DNA of 64,000 bases from Eubacteriales bacterium (lineage in GTDB: Bacteria > Bacillota > Clostridia > Oscillospirales > CAG-272): positions 912-64,911 of the forward strand of contig JAXDZV010000022.1 in the NCBI GenBank assembly GCA_034086705.1, read 5' to 3'. Numbering within the stretch: the stretch's first letter is position 1; each line of letters starts with the position of its first letter. Below, piece by piece: positions 25,602 to 36,047 of the stretch. A model generated the notes under the pieces. That model ran no database searches. It worked only from the letters and a program-made list of their open reading frames with translations, and was not told where the DNA came from. A program made the position numbers and the translations under genes.

Positions 25602-27614
25602 CTATGAGCGTTTGAATCTGTGCTCCAAACTTGTCTTTTTCAACTCAATACAGACCGGCCGTCCGTGTGGACAATATTGTATGTCCGGTAAAGCAAACAA
25701 TTTATCGCAAAGCCATTGAATATGTGCGCAATCATATGTACGGCCGCCTTTTATCGCTGCTTTGCAGGCAGCTTGATACAGTGCCTTTTCGAAAGAATTT
25801 TCCGCCTGAATAGAAGCCTGGGCCGTTCCTGCCGATAGGGCACCGCATAATTCCGTAAATGCTGCAGTTGCTTGCGCTACATCCATATAAGATGGAATCT
25901 CCTGTAGAAGGGCAATCTTTTGATCCACGCCGTAGCGAAATCCGGTTTTTTCTATTTCATCCCTAAATTCAAGAGCGGTTGCTGCTTCCTCAGTGCTTAG
26001 CTCAACCTTGACGGGTAATAACAAAACAAAGCTCTGCACATTTTGCGTTTGTGCATTGCTACGTAGTTGCTCAAACAAAATTCGTTCGTGCGCAGCATGC
26101 TTGTCAATTAAATAAGCCGATGTTTTGTGCTCAACGATAACGTAAGTATCAAACAATTCACCAACAATTCGGTATGGAATTGTAAGTGAAGGCACAACCG
26201 GCGTGCGCACAATCGTTTGCGTATCTGCATCAACAGCGGCGTCTTTCTTCACAAATTGGTGTACAGCAGACAGCACTGATTGGGGCTCTTCGGTACAAGA
26301 TATTTGCGCGGAATGCACTTGTTCTGCATCCGGCAAACCAGAAGAATTTTTTGTAGCAAAAGGCATCGCTGCTTTTGGCGCAGAAGTAACCGGCCAGGAA
26401 GCAAGCGGGATGTCAACAGACGGTTCTTCTGCATCGTCTATAGATTGTTTTTGCGTGAGGTCTAACTGCTCTGTCTGGGCCGCGGAATCTGGCACGCTTT
26501 CCGCTAAATTTCCACAGGCCGCTTTTTGTTTCTGTTCAACGTCACATAAAGCGAAAACCGTTTCATTTTGCTCTTTTTTTTGCTTATTTTCGGTTGGAGC
26601 AATCTCATATTGCGGCCGCTGCATAGCATGCTGTAATGCGTTTCTGACGGCTGCATACACCAATTCGAATACAGTTCTCTCATTCGAAAACTTGACTTCA
26701 AGTTTTGCCGGATGCACATTGACATCCACCGCGTCCGGATGCAGAGTCAAATACAAAACACAACAAGGAAACTTATCCTGTGGGAGATACGAGGTAAACG
26801 CCTGTTCCAACGCAGCCGACATAGTTTTAGAGCGGACATAGCGCGCGTTGACATAAAAAAGCTGTAGATTTCGATTGGAACGAACATTTTCCGGTGTACC
26901 GATATAACCGCTGAGAGAGCATAGTTTTGTTTCTCCGGCAGATACATACGTCATTTTTTTAGCAGTTTCCCTACCAAAAATCACATACAGTGCATTCGGG
27001 ATATTATCATCTCCCGGCGTCATGAATCGGCTTTCTCCGTCACAAATTAAGCGAAATGATATCTCGGGGTGAGACAACGCCAGTCTTTCAACATTAGCTA
27101 CAACATTTGCTGTTTCCGTCGCATCTTTTTTCAAAAATTTCATACGGGCAGGCACATTATAAAAAAGCTCTTCCACTACAATTGTAGTTCCAATCGGACA
27201 ACCTGCATCGGATACAGAGCGCACGCTGCCCGCCTCGCTACACAACACCGTACCAACAGAATCTTCCTCACGACGCGTTAAAATACGCAGCTTGGAGACC
27301 GCGCTAATGGCAGCAAGCGCTTCTCCCCGAAACCCCAGTGTGAAAATTTTATTCAAATCTTCTGCTGTGTGAATTTTACTGGTTGCATGCCTCATCAGCG
27401 CAATTGGTGCATCTTCTCTGGACATACCGCAGCCGTTGTCGCTGACGCGAATGAAAGAAATGCCGCCGCGTTTGATTTCTACGGTAATTTGTGTGGCACC
27501 GGCATCCACGGCATTTTCCATAAGTTCTTTCACAACGGAGCCGGGGCGGTCAACAACTTCACCCGCTGCAATTAGATTTGCAACGGAAAAGTCTAAAACA
27601 CCGATTACACCCAT
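25602..27614 (-). CDS. mutL: DNA mismatch repair protein MutL
   Basis: GHKL ATPase N-terminus (IAAGEVVDRPGSVVKELMENAVDAG, GFRGEAL) and C-terminal dimerisation/endonuclease domain (DKHAAHERILFE, CPHGRP). Confidence 0.93.
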   Translation of the reverse strand: MGVIGVLDFSVANLIAAGEVVDRPGSVVKELMENAVDAGATQITVEIKRGGISFIRVSDNGCGMSREDAPIALMRHATSKIHTAEDLNKIFTLGFRGEALAAISAVSKLRILTRREEDSVGTVLCSEAGSVRSVSDAGCPIGTTIVVEELFYNVPARMKFLKKDATETANVVANVERLALSHPEISFRLICDGESRFMTPGDDNIPNALYVIFGRETAKKMTYVSAGETKLCSLSGYIGTPENVRSNRNLQLFYVNARYVRSKTMSAALEQAFTSYLPQDKFPCCVLYLTLHPDAVDVNVHPAKLEVKFSNERTVFELVYAAVRNALQHAMQRPQYEIAPTENKQKKEQNETVFALCDVEQKQKAACGNLAESVPDSAAQTEQLDLTQKQSIDDAEEPSVDIPLASWPVTSAPKAAMPFATKNSSGLPDAEQVHSAQISCTEEPQSVLSAVHQFVKKDAAVDADTQTIVRTPVVPSLTIPYRIVGELFDTYVIVEHKTSAYLIDKHAAHERILFEQLRSNAQTQNVQSFVLLLPVKVELSTEEAATALEFRDEIEKTGFRYGVDQKIALLQEIPSYMDVAQATAAFTELCGALSAGTAQASIQAENSFEKALYQAACKAAIKGGRTYDCAHIQWLCDKLFALPDIQYCPHGRPVCIELKKTSLEHRFKRS

Positions 27615-27643
27615 ACCTATTTCCTCCTGCTTTTGGTGTTAAC

Positions 27644-30244
27644 TCAAGACAGCGTCTTTTTCCATTCATAAATTAGATTCATAGCTTCCAGCGGGGTCAG
27701 TGTATTCAGCTCAGTTGCAAGAATTTGATTACGAACATCCTGCATTGCATAGTCATCCAAAGAAATTTGACCCTGTGCAGGTATCTGTGTTTCTTTTTTT
27801 TGCCCGCGAACCCGGGGCAGCATTGTTCCGGCATCCAAAGAGGCGAGAATCTCTTTGGCACGGCGAATCACTTCTTTAGGGATACCTGCCAACTGCGCTA
27901 CCTCTATGCCGTAACTGTCATCCGCAGCTCCCGGTATGATTTTGCGAAGGAAGATAATATCGTCTCCCTTTTTTTTAGCAGCTATGTTGTAATTGAGAAC
28001 ACCCTCAAATTGATCTTGCATCTCCGTCATTTCATGATAATGGGTTGCAAAAAGTGTTTTTGCACCGATTTTACGGCTTGCTGTATATTCACATACCGCA
28101 CGTGCAATGCTCAATCCGTCATAAGTACTCGTGCCTCGTCCGATTTCGTCGTAAATAACCAGGCTGCGCTTTGTTGCATGCTGCAAAATGTAAGCTACTT
28201 CGTTCATTTCGAGCATAAATGTCGACTGCCCGGAAGCAAGATCATCAGAGGCACCTACACGTGTAAAAATCTTATCAACTACCCCGATTCGAGCTTGAGA
28301 TGCGGGAACAAAGGAACCGATCTGTGCCAGAATTGTAATCAAAGCAACCTGCCGCATATATGTAGATTTACCAGCCATATTCGGGCCTGTTATCAGCATC
28401 ATGCGCCGATTATCCGTATCAAGCTCTGTATCGTTGGGAACAAAATATTCTTGACCGGATATTCTTTCTACAACAGGATGCCTACCGTCCTTGATAGAAA
28501 TTACTGTACTTTCATCTACTTCCGGACAAATATACCCGTTTTTATATGCAACTTCTGCCAAAGAAACATACAAATCAAGCCGTGCAAGAAGCTCCGCTGT
28601 TTTTTGAATGCGATAAATCCCATTGCTGAGCAATTTGCAAAGTCGGTCGAATATTTCATATTCCAAAAGTTGTATGCGTTCCTTCGCGGTATACATGGTG
28701 GCTTCCAGGTTTTTAAGCTCTTCCGTAATATAACGTTCGCCGTTTGCAAGCGTTTGTTTGCGAATATAATGCGGCGGAACCTGATCTTTGAATGAATTTG
28801 AAACCTCGATGTAATATCCAAAGACTTTATTACTGCCGATCTTAAGAGTCTTAATTCCTGTGGCAGCACGCTCTCTTTCTGCCATATCGGTCAACATCGC
28901 TGATCCGTTTTGCATCACGTCACGCAAGTAATCGACATCTTCAGAAAAGCCCTCGCGAACAAATCCACCTTCTCGGACGGAAAATGGTAAATCTTTATCA
29001 GCAATTGCAGCGTTAAGCGCATTCACCTCGTTGTTCATCGGGTCCATATCGGAGCAGATATATCGCAGTTCTTCGCTGGATGCATCGCGGAGTAAGCGCT
29101 GTATTTTCGGAACCGCTGCAAGCGTATCGGCAATACTGCGTAAATCGCGTGCATTGGCAGTCCCGTAAATAATACGCGTCATCAAACGCTCTAAATCAAA
29201 AATTTCCTGTAACTGCGTTCCGAGCTCCTCGCGCAGAATCAACGATGCATGCAATTCCTTAACAGCGCTTTGCCTGCGTAAAATCTGCTTGACATCCGTC
29301 AGCGGCATCTGCAGATCGGAACGGAGAAGCCGTGCTCCCATAGCAGTTTTCGTACGGTCAAGTACCCATAAAAGGGATCCGCGCTTTTCTCTTTGCCGCA
29401 TAGTTTCACAAAGTTCCAGATTGCGTCTGGAATTGACATCAATTTCCATATATTGCCCCGCAGAATACACATGCAGTTCATGAATATAGGAAAGGTCACA
29501 ACGTGCTGTATTGGCAACATACCGAAGCAACGCACCGACTGTTCGAACTAAAAGATCATCTGCGTTGATCGGTTCAGAAAGAGAGGAAAAATGCGCGTGC
29601 ATATATTTTTGGCAGACGGTAAAATCAAAAGCCTCCTTTTGTGCGAGGTTCACCACAGCATGTAAACGTTCGGTGCAAAATTGATGAACGCTACCAAGCT
29701 GTTCTGCAGTTGCATTTGTGATAAACTCGCGTGGAGTAAATTTGCCAAGCTCGTTGATCAATTGTGCATAAGACGGGTCTGCACTAAACTTTGTAGCACA
29801 TAAAGCACCTGTTGAAATATCAATAAAAGCAACACCGCAAGATACATCCGAAAGACAGATAGAACAAAGATAATTATTCTGACTTTCCTCCAACATGCTA
29901 CTTTGCGTAACAGTTCCAGGGGTAATGATACGAACAACGTCTCGTTTAACAAGCCCTTTTGTAGTTGCGGGATCTTCAAGCTGCTCGCAAATGGCAACTT
30001 TATATCCCTTGGCGACCAAACGTGCAATATACCCCTCGGCGGAATGGTACGGAACGCCGCACATCGGCGCCCGCTCTGCTTCTCCGCAATCGCGTCCCGT
30101 AAGAGAAAGTTCGAGCTCTCGGGAGGCAAGCTTTGCGTCGTCATGAAACATTTCATAAAAATCTCCCAGACGAAAGAAAAGAATATATCCGGGATACTTC
30201 TCTTTCAGGGCGTAATACTGCTGCATGAACGGTGTCGTTGCCAT
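27644..30244 (-). CDS. mutS: DNA mismatch repair protein MutS
   Basis: TPFMQQYYALKEKYP, FFRLGDFYEMF, Walker A GPNMAGKST, and DEIGRGTSTYDG. Confidence 0.95.
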   Translation of the reverse strand: MATTPFMQQYYALKEKYPGYILFFRLGDFYEMFHDDAKLASRELELSLTGRDCGEAERAPMCGVPYHSAEGYIARLVAKGYKVAICEQLEDPATTKGLVKRDVVRIITPGTVTQSSMLEESQNNYLCSICLSDVSCGVAFIDISTGALCATKFSADPSYAQLINELGKFTPREFITNATAEQLGSVHQFCTERLHAVVNLAQKEAFDFTVCQKYMHAHFSSLSEPINADDLLVRTVGALLRYVANTARCDLSYIHELHVYSAGQYMEIDVNSRRNLELCETMRQREKRGSLLWVLDRTKTAMGARLLRSDLQMPLTDVKQILRRQSAVKELHASLILREELGTQLQEIFDLERLMTRIIYGTANARDLRSIADTLAAVPKIQRLLRDASSEELRYICSDMDPMNNEVNALNAAIADKDLPFSVREGGFVREGFSEDVDYLRDVMQNGSAMLTDMAERERAATGIKTLKIGSNKVFGYYIEVSNSFKDQVPPHYIRKQTLANGERYITEELKNLEATMYTAKERIQLLEYEIFDRLCKLLSNGIYRIQKTAELLARLDLYVSLAEVAYKNGYICPEVDESTVISIKDGRHPVVERISGQEYFVPNDTELDTDNRRMMLITGPNMAGKSTYMRQVALITILAQIGSFVPASQARIGVVDKIFTRVGASDDLASGQSTFMLEMNEVAYILQHATKRSLVIYDEIGRGTSTYDGLSIARAVCEYTASRKIGAKTLFATHYHEMTEMQDQFEGVLNYNIAAKKKGDDIIFLRKIIPGAADDSYGIEVAQLAGIPKEVIRRAKEILASLDAGTMLPRVRGQKKETQIPAQGQISLDDYAMQDVRNQILATELNTLTPLEAMNLIYEWKKTLS

Positions 30245-30293
30245 AAGGACCCCTCCGCTTCTCGTAATGGATTGGTGTTAATAAAAGAGTGGA

Positions 30294-30683
30294 TTAGTGA
30301 TGTCCACAACTGCCGCCGCAGTTGCTGCAATCGTGTGTGCAGGGATGCTTGCCGGTAATCTGAAAGGTAATTTCACCGTTGACTTCCTGCATCAGTGTAT
30401 TGACTGCCTCGGTAGCCTCATTATAGGAAACGTAAACAGGGTTTTGCACAATCTCGTCATACAGCGTCTGAATTCTGCTTTCGATGGCCGCAATCATTTC
30501 TCGATCCTGCTCGGGAGCACGATATGCGTCGGTTAAAGCTTGTGACTGTGCGTTGTACTCCGCAATTTTTGCTTGCAATGCCTCGTCTTTTTCGTATTGG
30601 TCCGTTACATCGTGCATACGCTGCACGCGTATATCTTCTTTAATTTTTTGCCCCAACTGTGTGGCAAGCTCCATAATTTCCAT
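30294..30683 (-). CDS. YlbF/YmcA-family protein with a C-terminal Cys/His cluster
   Basis: Helical, about 129 aa, ending CTHDCSNCGGSCGHH, like the Cys-rich tail of B. subtilis YlbF. Lies between miaB and mutS. Confidence 0.65.
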   Translation of the reverse strand: MEIMELATQLGQKIKEDIRVQRMHDVTDQYEKDEALQAKIAEYNAQSQALTDAYRAPEQDREMIAAIESRIQTLYDEIVQNPVYVSYNEATEAVNTLMQEVNGEITFQITGKHPCTHDCSNCGGSCGHH

Positions 30684-30749
30684 TTGAGAATTCCCTTTCT
30701 GTATATCATTTTAAAAATATTCAAAAAACAACGAATGCATCCGTTTTAT

Positions 30750-32183
30750 TCATAAACTCTTTTTAGAACCTTCGACTTCAGCAAATAATGCAAAGAAAGA
30801 TGCATCTGTGATTTGCATGGACACGGTTTTTCCAATGAGTTCCGGTGCTGCAGGAAAATGCACAAGCTTATTACCCTGTGTTCTGCCGGAATAAATACTA
30901 GGATCTGTTTTACTTTCCCCTTGCACAAACACCGCAAGTGTTTTACCGATCAATTCACGGTTTTTAGCAAGAGAAATTGCGTTTTGCAGCTCTGTCAATC
31001 GCGCAAAACGCTCTTTTTTTACTTCCGGAGGGATTTGATCAGGATATTCCGCTGCCGGCGTACCATGCCGTTTAGAATATAAAAAGGTAAAAACAGAATC
31101 AAAGCGCACCGCACGCAGTACTGCAAGTGTTTGCAAAAAATCCTCTTCGCTCTCTCCAGGAAACCCGACAATTATATCAGTTGATAGCGTAATATCCGGC
31201 ATTTTTTGTCGCAATGCATCTACCAATGCAAGATATGAAGCGGCTGTATATTTTCGGTTCATTCTTTGTAAGACCGCATCGCTGCCCGATTGTAAGGGCA
31301 AGTGAAATTGCTTCGCAATTTTTCCCTCTTTCGCCATACAATCGATCAAGGCCGCCGAAGCGTCTTTGGGGTGACTTGTCATAAAGCGAACGGTAAAATC
31401 GCCGTTGATCCGACAAATGCGGTGCAATAATGTAGGAAAATCCGGGCAATCTTCGCCCCTATATGAATTAACATTCTGCCCCAAAAGTGTAATCTCTTTG
31501 CATCCGCTTTGCACAAGCTGCTCCACCTCGCTGAGAATTTGTGCTGCGTTTCTACTTCGTTCACGGCCCCGCACATACGGCACCACGCAATAGGTGCAGA
31601 AATTATTGCAGCCGTACATGATACTCACCCAAGCCTGTGTTTGAGATTGCCGATGCACCGGCAACCCCTCTGCCAACTTATGTGGTGCTTCATCCGTATA
31701 CAAACAACGGTGATGTTTCGTCATGGTTTCCCATAAAATCTGCGGAAAACGATAAAGCAAGCTTGTACCGAATAAAAAATCAACATACGGATATTTGTTT
31801 TTAATATCACTTTGCCGGTGCTCTTGAGAAACCATACAACCGCAAACGCCGATTAACAAAGAAGGCTTTTGCGCCTTCAGATGCTTAAACTGCCCCGTTA
31901 TAGACAGTGCTTTTAGTTCAGCGTGTTCGCGAACTGCACAGGTGTTGACAAGAAGAAGATCGGCCTGTTGCGGATCCTGCGTCGGCTGGTATCCCATTTC
32001 GCACGCCATTCCTAACAGCCGCTCACTGTCTGCTTCATTCTGCTGGCACCCAAAGGTTTCAATGTAGACATACATCTGGCGTTCTTCGCGCGACAAAATA
32101 TCTTTCAGTTGTGTGGTATATGCATGCTGCTGCTCCATTTCCTGTGCAGAAACAAAAACCGTTTTTTCCGTTTTTTCTCTCAT
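30750..32183 (-). CDS. miaB: tRNA-i6A37 methylthiotransferase MiaB
   Basis: UPF0004 N-domain (TFGCQQNEADSE), radical-SAM CNNFCTYCVVP, and a TRAM C-terminus. The start could be an internal Met. Confidence 0.9.
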   Translation of the reverse strand: MREKTEKTVFVSAQEMEQQHAYTTQLKDILSREERQMYVYIETFGCQQNEADSERLLGMACEMGYQPTQDPQQADLLLVNTCAVREHAELKALSITGQFKHLKAQKPSLLIGVCGCMVSQEHRQSDIKNKYPYVDFLFGTSLLYRFPQILWETMTKHHRCLYTDEAPHKLAEGLPVHRQSQTQAWVSIMYGCNNFCTYCVVPYVRGRERSRNAAQILSEVEQLVQSGCKEITLLGQNVNSYRGEDCPDFPTLLHRICRINGDFTVRFMTSHPKDASAALIDCMAKEGKIAKQFHLPLQSGSDAVLQRMNRKYTAASYLALVDALRQKMPDITLSTDIIVGFPGESEEDFLQTLAVLRAVRFDSVFTFLYSKRHGTPAAEYPDQIPPEVKKERFARLTELQNAISLAKNRELIGKTLAVFVQGESKTDPSIYSGRTQGNKLVHFPAAPELIGKTVSMQITDASFFALFAEVEGSKKSL

Positions 32184-32340
32184 CGGCTCTCATCTTTCTG
32201 GTTCGTAATATTCACATTATTTATTTTATTATACCGTAAAATGCATGTAACTGTCAATAATTCGACTACGTTTTCTGTTTGTACTTGTTTTTAATATTTC
32301 ATTCAAATACACTTCATGAAAAACTTACATCTGGGTTGGA

Positions 32341-32369
32341 TTGACAATATGTTTGTTTTGTGATATTAT
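32341..32369 (+). promoter_or_regulatory. sigma-A promoter driving the riboswitch-ATPase transcript
   Basis: TTGACA (32341..32346), a 17-nt spacer, then TATTAT (32364..32369). Confidence 0.6.
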
Positions 32370-32376
32370 TCAGAAT

Positions 32377-32499
32377 ACATGGGGAGTAGTTTACGTTATT
32401 TTACGTTCCAATGTCAACATCACGCGGCACTTTCTAGGGCCGATGGCTTGGATGAAAGAACGAGACCGTGTGCGGCGATCACTGCACGCGGTCTTTTTT
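32377..32499 (+). promoter_or_regulatory. yybP-ykoY (Mn2+-sensing) riboswitch with an intrinsic-terminator expression platform
   Basis: Conserved GGGGAGTAG (32381..32389), TGTCAACATC, and GAGACC (32462..32467). P1.1 can pair ACATGG (32377..32382) with CCGTGT (32466..32471). That 3' strand is also the 5' arm of the terminator GACCGTGTGC (32464..32473) / GCACGCGGTC (32484..32493) + T6, which is the classic ON-switch arrangement. Confidence 0.75.
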
Positions 32500-32546
32500 A
32501 TTTCGCTGCCAGGTGTCGTAAGATCATTTTCGAAAGGTAAAAGCAC

Positions 32547-35186
32547 ATGAAAGAATATTTAAGTTCCAAAGAAGCCGTTTTGCATGCATTAGAAAGCAAT
32601 GAAGCTGACGGTCTCCGCTCTGAACAAACACTTGAACGATTAGAGCGTGATGGAAAAAACAAACTATCCGAAGGAAAGAAAACATCGTTATTCGCTCGGC
32701 TCTTGGCACAGATTTCCGATCCTATGGTATTGGTTCTGATCGCAGCAGCTGCCGTTTCTGCGGTTACATCGGCTTTAAACGGTGAATCCTTTGCAGATGT
32801 GTTTATCATTTTGGCCGTAGTGATTATTAACACGGTTTTGGGGGTAGTACAGGAAAGCAAAGCTGAAAAAGCCATCGACGCGCTCAAAGAAATGGCGGCA
32901 GCTACTTCCAAGGTACTGCGTGACGGCAGCTTGCACACCATTAAAAGTGAAGAGCTCGTCCGCGGCGACATTGTTTTGCTGGAAGCAGGTGATGCCATTC
33001 CCGCAGACGGCAGACTAATCGAATGTGCAAGTTTAAAAGTTGAAGAAGCGGCGTTGACCGGCGAATCGGTTCCAAGTGAAAAGATTTCAGATGTGTTACA
33101 ATCCGCCCGGGGACAAGATGTTCCTCTCGGTGATCGTAAAAACATGTGCTATATGGGGAGTTGTGTCGTATACGGACGCGGTAAAATGATTGTAACTGCC
33201 ACTGGCATGCAAACTGAAATGGGGAAAATCGCAACCGCACTCACGCAGGCACATGATGGTAAAACCCCTCTGCAGAAGAAGCTGGCACAACTCAGCCGGG
33301 TTTTAACCTGGCTGGTATTGGGAATCTGTGTTGCCATGTTTGTGTTTAGCCTTCTGCGCAGCGGTAAATTTGATGCTGCCTCCGTTTTAGATACCTTTAT
33401 GCTAGCCGTCAGCCTTGCAGTCGCAGCAATCCCGGAAGGATTGGCTGCCGTAGTAACGATTGTACTGTCAATGGGCGTTACGAAGATGTCAAAGCAAAAT
33501 GCAATTATCCGCCGCCTGACTGCCGTGGAAACTCTGGGATGTACGCAGGTTATCTGTTCTGATAAAACCGGTACCCTGACGCAAAATAAAATGACTGTGG
33601 TGGCGCATGAAGCAGCAGATGAGATGCTTTTGGCACGAGCAATGGCCTTGTGCTCAGATGCGAAACCCGGAGCAGACGGAAAAGCGGTTGGCGAACCGAC
33701 AGAGTGTGCACTCGTGGAGTATGCAAACTCGCTGCAACTTAATAAGACGGAAATGGAACAGAGAACACCGCGTGTCGGAGAAGCACCGTTTGACTCCATG
33801 CGCAAAATGATGACAACCGTACACGCAGATAACGGCGCTTTTGTCCAATATACAAAAGGAGCGCCGGATGCATTGCTTCGCTGCTGCACAAAGATCCTTA
33901 CAAAGGATGGCGTTGTTCCCCTGGAATCCGAACAACGCGATGCGGTTTTATCCAAAAATACAGAGTTTGCTTCACGCGCCTTGCGTGTGCTTGGGTGTGC
34001 TTATACGGAATATGCGCAGCTACCCAATTCATATGAAGCAAACGCGCTGGAACATGATTTGATTTTTATCGGCCTTGTCGGAATGATTGATCCGGTACGC
34101 CCAGAAGTAACTTCTGCCGTGCAAGAATGTATTGCAGCAGGCATGCGGCCGATCATGATTACAGGAGATCACAAAGACACAGCTGTTGCAATTGCTAAAT
34201 CATTAGGGATTCTCTCTGATCCGGAACAAGCAATTACCGGCTCGGATATTGAGCAATACAGTGATGAAGAATTTGAAAAGGTCGTAGACAAATATTCCGT
34301 ATACGCACGCGTACAGCCGGAACATAAAGTTCGCATTGTCAATGCATGGAGAAAACGAGGCTGTGTAACTGCTATGACCGGAGATGGCGTAAACGACTCT
34401 CCGGCAATCAAAAGTGCGGACATCGGCATTGGAATGGGGATTACCGGTACGGATGTTACCAAAAATGTTGCCGATATGATTCTTGCCGACGATAATTTTG
34501 CAACGATTGTTTCTGCTGTTGCGGAAGGGCGCCGCATATTCGATAACATTTGCAAGTGTATCCAATTTTTGCTTTCTTCGAATTTAAGTGAAGTGCTCAG
34601 TATTTTCACAGCAACCTTGCTTGGTTTTACCATTCTCAAGCCGGCGCATATTCTCTTTGTTAACCTTGTTACAGATTCACTCCCCGCACTGGCGCTCGGC
34701 GCAGAAAAAGCCGAAGCGGATATTATGCGCCGCCGTCCGCGTCGCAGCGACGAAGGAATATTTGCAAACGGGCTTGGTTGGAATGTGGCATATCAGGGCG
34801 TTATGATTTCCGCACTTACCCTCGCAGCATATTTCATCGGGCACTTTATGGAAGCAGGAAGGTTTGAAATAACCCAAAGCGCAGACGGTATGACTATGGC
34901 ATTTTTAACAATGTCCTTGGCAGAAGTATTTCATGCATACAATATGCGCTCACACGACTCCATTTTTCGCCTCAGAACAAAAAACCCTCTTTTACTTCTT
35001 ACTATGCTAATCTCTCTGCTTCTCACCGCAGCCGTAATATATGTACCCGGCTTAAATACCCTGTTTGGGTTTGAGCATATCAGTTTTGCCGAATATGCAG
35101 TTGCGCTGGCCCTGGCGATTTCAACGATACCGATTGTGGAACTTGGCAAGTTGTTGCAGCGAACTCGTAAGAATCACAAGAACTAG
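32547..35186 (+). CDS. P2-type cation-transporting ATPase (Ca2+/Mn2+ efflux type)
   Basis: DKTGTLT phosphorylation site, TGES, AIPEGL in TM4, NLVTDSLPALALG in TM6, and GDGVNDSPAIK. 879 aa. Confidence 0.9.
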   Translation: MKEYLSSKEAVLHALESNEADGLRSEQTLERLERDGKNKLSEGKKTSLFARLLAQISDPMVLVLIAAAAVSAVTSALNGESFADVFIILAVVIINTVLGVVQESKAEKAIDALKEMAAATSKVLRDGSLHTIKSEELVRGDIVLLEAGDAIPADGRLIECASLKVEEAALTGESVPSEKISDVLQSARGQDVPLGDRKNMCYMGSCVVYGRGKMIVTATGMQTEMGKIATALTQAHDGKTPLQKKLAQLSRVLTWLVLGICVAMFVFSLLRSGKFDAASVLDTFMLAVSLAVAAIPEGLAAVVTIVLSMGVTKMSKQNAIIRRLTAVETLGCTQVICSDKTGTLTQNKMTVVAHEAADEMLLARAMALCSDAKPGADGKAVGEPTECALVEYANSLQLNKTEMEQRTPRVGEAPFDSMRKMMTTVHADNGAFVQYTKGAPDALLRCCTKILTKDGVVPLESEQRDAVLSKNTEFASRALRVLGCAYTEYAQLPNSYEANALEHDLIFIGLVGMIDPVRPEVTSAVQECIAAGMRPIMITGDHKDTAVAIAKSLGILSDPEQAITGSDIEQYSDEEFEKVVDKYSVYARVQPEHKVRIVNAWRKRGCVTAMTGDGVNDSPAIKSADIGIGMGITGTDVTKNVADMILADDNFATIVSAVAEGRRIFDNICKCIQFLLSSNLSEVLSIFTATLLGFTILKPAHILFVNLVTDSLPALALGAEKAEADIMRRRPRRSDEGIFANGLGWNVAYQGVMISALTLAAYFIGHFMEAGRFEITQSADGMTMAFLTMSLAEVFHAYNMRSHDSIFRLRTKNPLLLLTMLISLLLTAAVIYVPGLNTLFGFEHISFAEYAVALALAISTIPIVELGKLLQRTRKNHKN

Positions 35187-35207
35187 AAATAACACGTTGG
35201 AGGTAAT

Positions 35208-35858
35208 ATGTACCGCACTGTAATTTTTGACATGGATGGAACCATTTTAGACACACTTTCAGATTTAACAGACAGTTTAAACCATGCATTAACTGTTTTC
35301 GAAATGCCACAGCGCACCACTGAAGAAGTACGGCGTTTTCTCGGCAACGGAATTCGCGCCCTTGTGGAATGTGCCGTTCCTGCCGGAACTCCGATTGCAA
35401 AAACGGACGAGGTGTTCTCCTTTTTTGCAGCATACTACCCTAAGCATTGCCAGATTCGCACCGCACCGTATACAGGCATTGTGCCTCTTTTACAAACTTT
35501 AAAGGAACACGGCGTGCAAACAGCCGTTGTTTCCAACAAGGTAGACAGTGCTGTGCAAATTTTGTGCGATACCTATTTTGCGGGATTGTTTGATTATGCT
35601 GTCGGAGAAAAAGAGGGAATTCACAAAAAACCATCTCCGGAGGGCGTTTTGCATATCATGGAAACTTTGCATGCCCAAACGGCACAGACAGTATATATCG
35701 GAGATACCGAGGTCGATGCCCAAACGGCGCAAAACGCCGGGATTGACTGCGTTTTGGTATCCTGGGGCTTTCGTGATCCGTGTCAACTGGAACAGCTACC
35801 TGCAAAATATCGTGTATCTACTACAGCGGCACTGCAACAAATCCTGTTGCCTGCATGA
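35208..35858 (+). CDS. HAD-superfamily hydrolase (phosphoglycolate phosphatase-like)
   Basis: VIFDMDGTILDT motif I, VSNK motif II, and GDTEVDAQTAQNAG motif III/IV. Confidence 0.8.
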   Translation: MYRTVIFDMDGTILDTLSDLTDSLNHALTVFEMPQRTTEEVRRFLGNGIRALVECAVPAGTPIAKTDEVFSFFAAYYPKHCQIRTAPYTGIVPLLQTLKEHGVQTAVVSNKVDSAVQILCDTYFAGLFDYAVGEKEGIHKKPSPEGVLHIMETLHAQTAQTVYIGDTEVDAQTAQNAGIDCVLVSWGFRDPCQLEQLPAKYRVSTTAALQQILLPA

Positions 35859-35897
35859 ACAAAATAGAGCAAAATAGAATGGGATATGCAACCCTGC

Positions 35898-35945
35898 GGG
35901 CTTGTTGTCTGTGTCATACAGGCAACAAGCCCATGTGTTTGTTTT
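35898..35945 (+). terminator. intrinsic terminator after the HAD gene
   Basis: GGGCTTGTTG / CAACAAGCCC stem followed by a T-rich tail. Confidence 0.7.
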
Positions 35946-36047
35946 CTAAATAGAGTAGCGATGAAATCATTGAGATATCGCCATACTGACTTGGTTTGCT
36001 CCGATATCATTCTTTTCACCAACTTTTGATATCGATTGTTCCCTTTT

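Noticed and set aside
27725-28795. 356-aa ORF antisense to mutS, and similar long antisense ORFs at 26203..26841, 32498..33145, 33149..33955, 13272..14006, 8354..8863 and 6449..7006.
   Set aside because: Each lies entirely within a strongly supported gene on the other strand. They have low-complexity or Cys/Arg-rich composition, no SD and no recognisable motifs.
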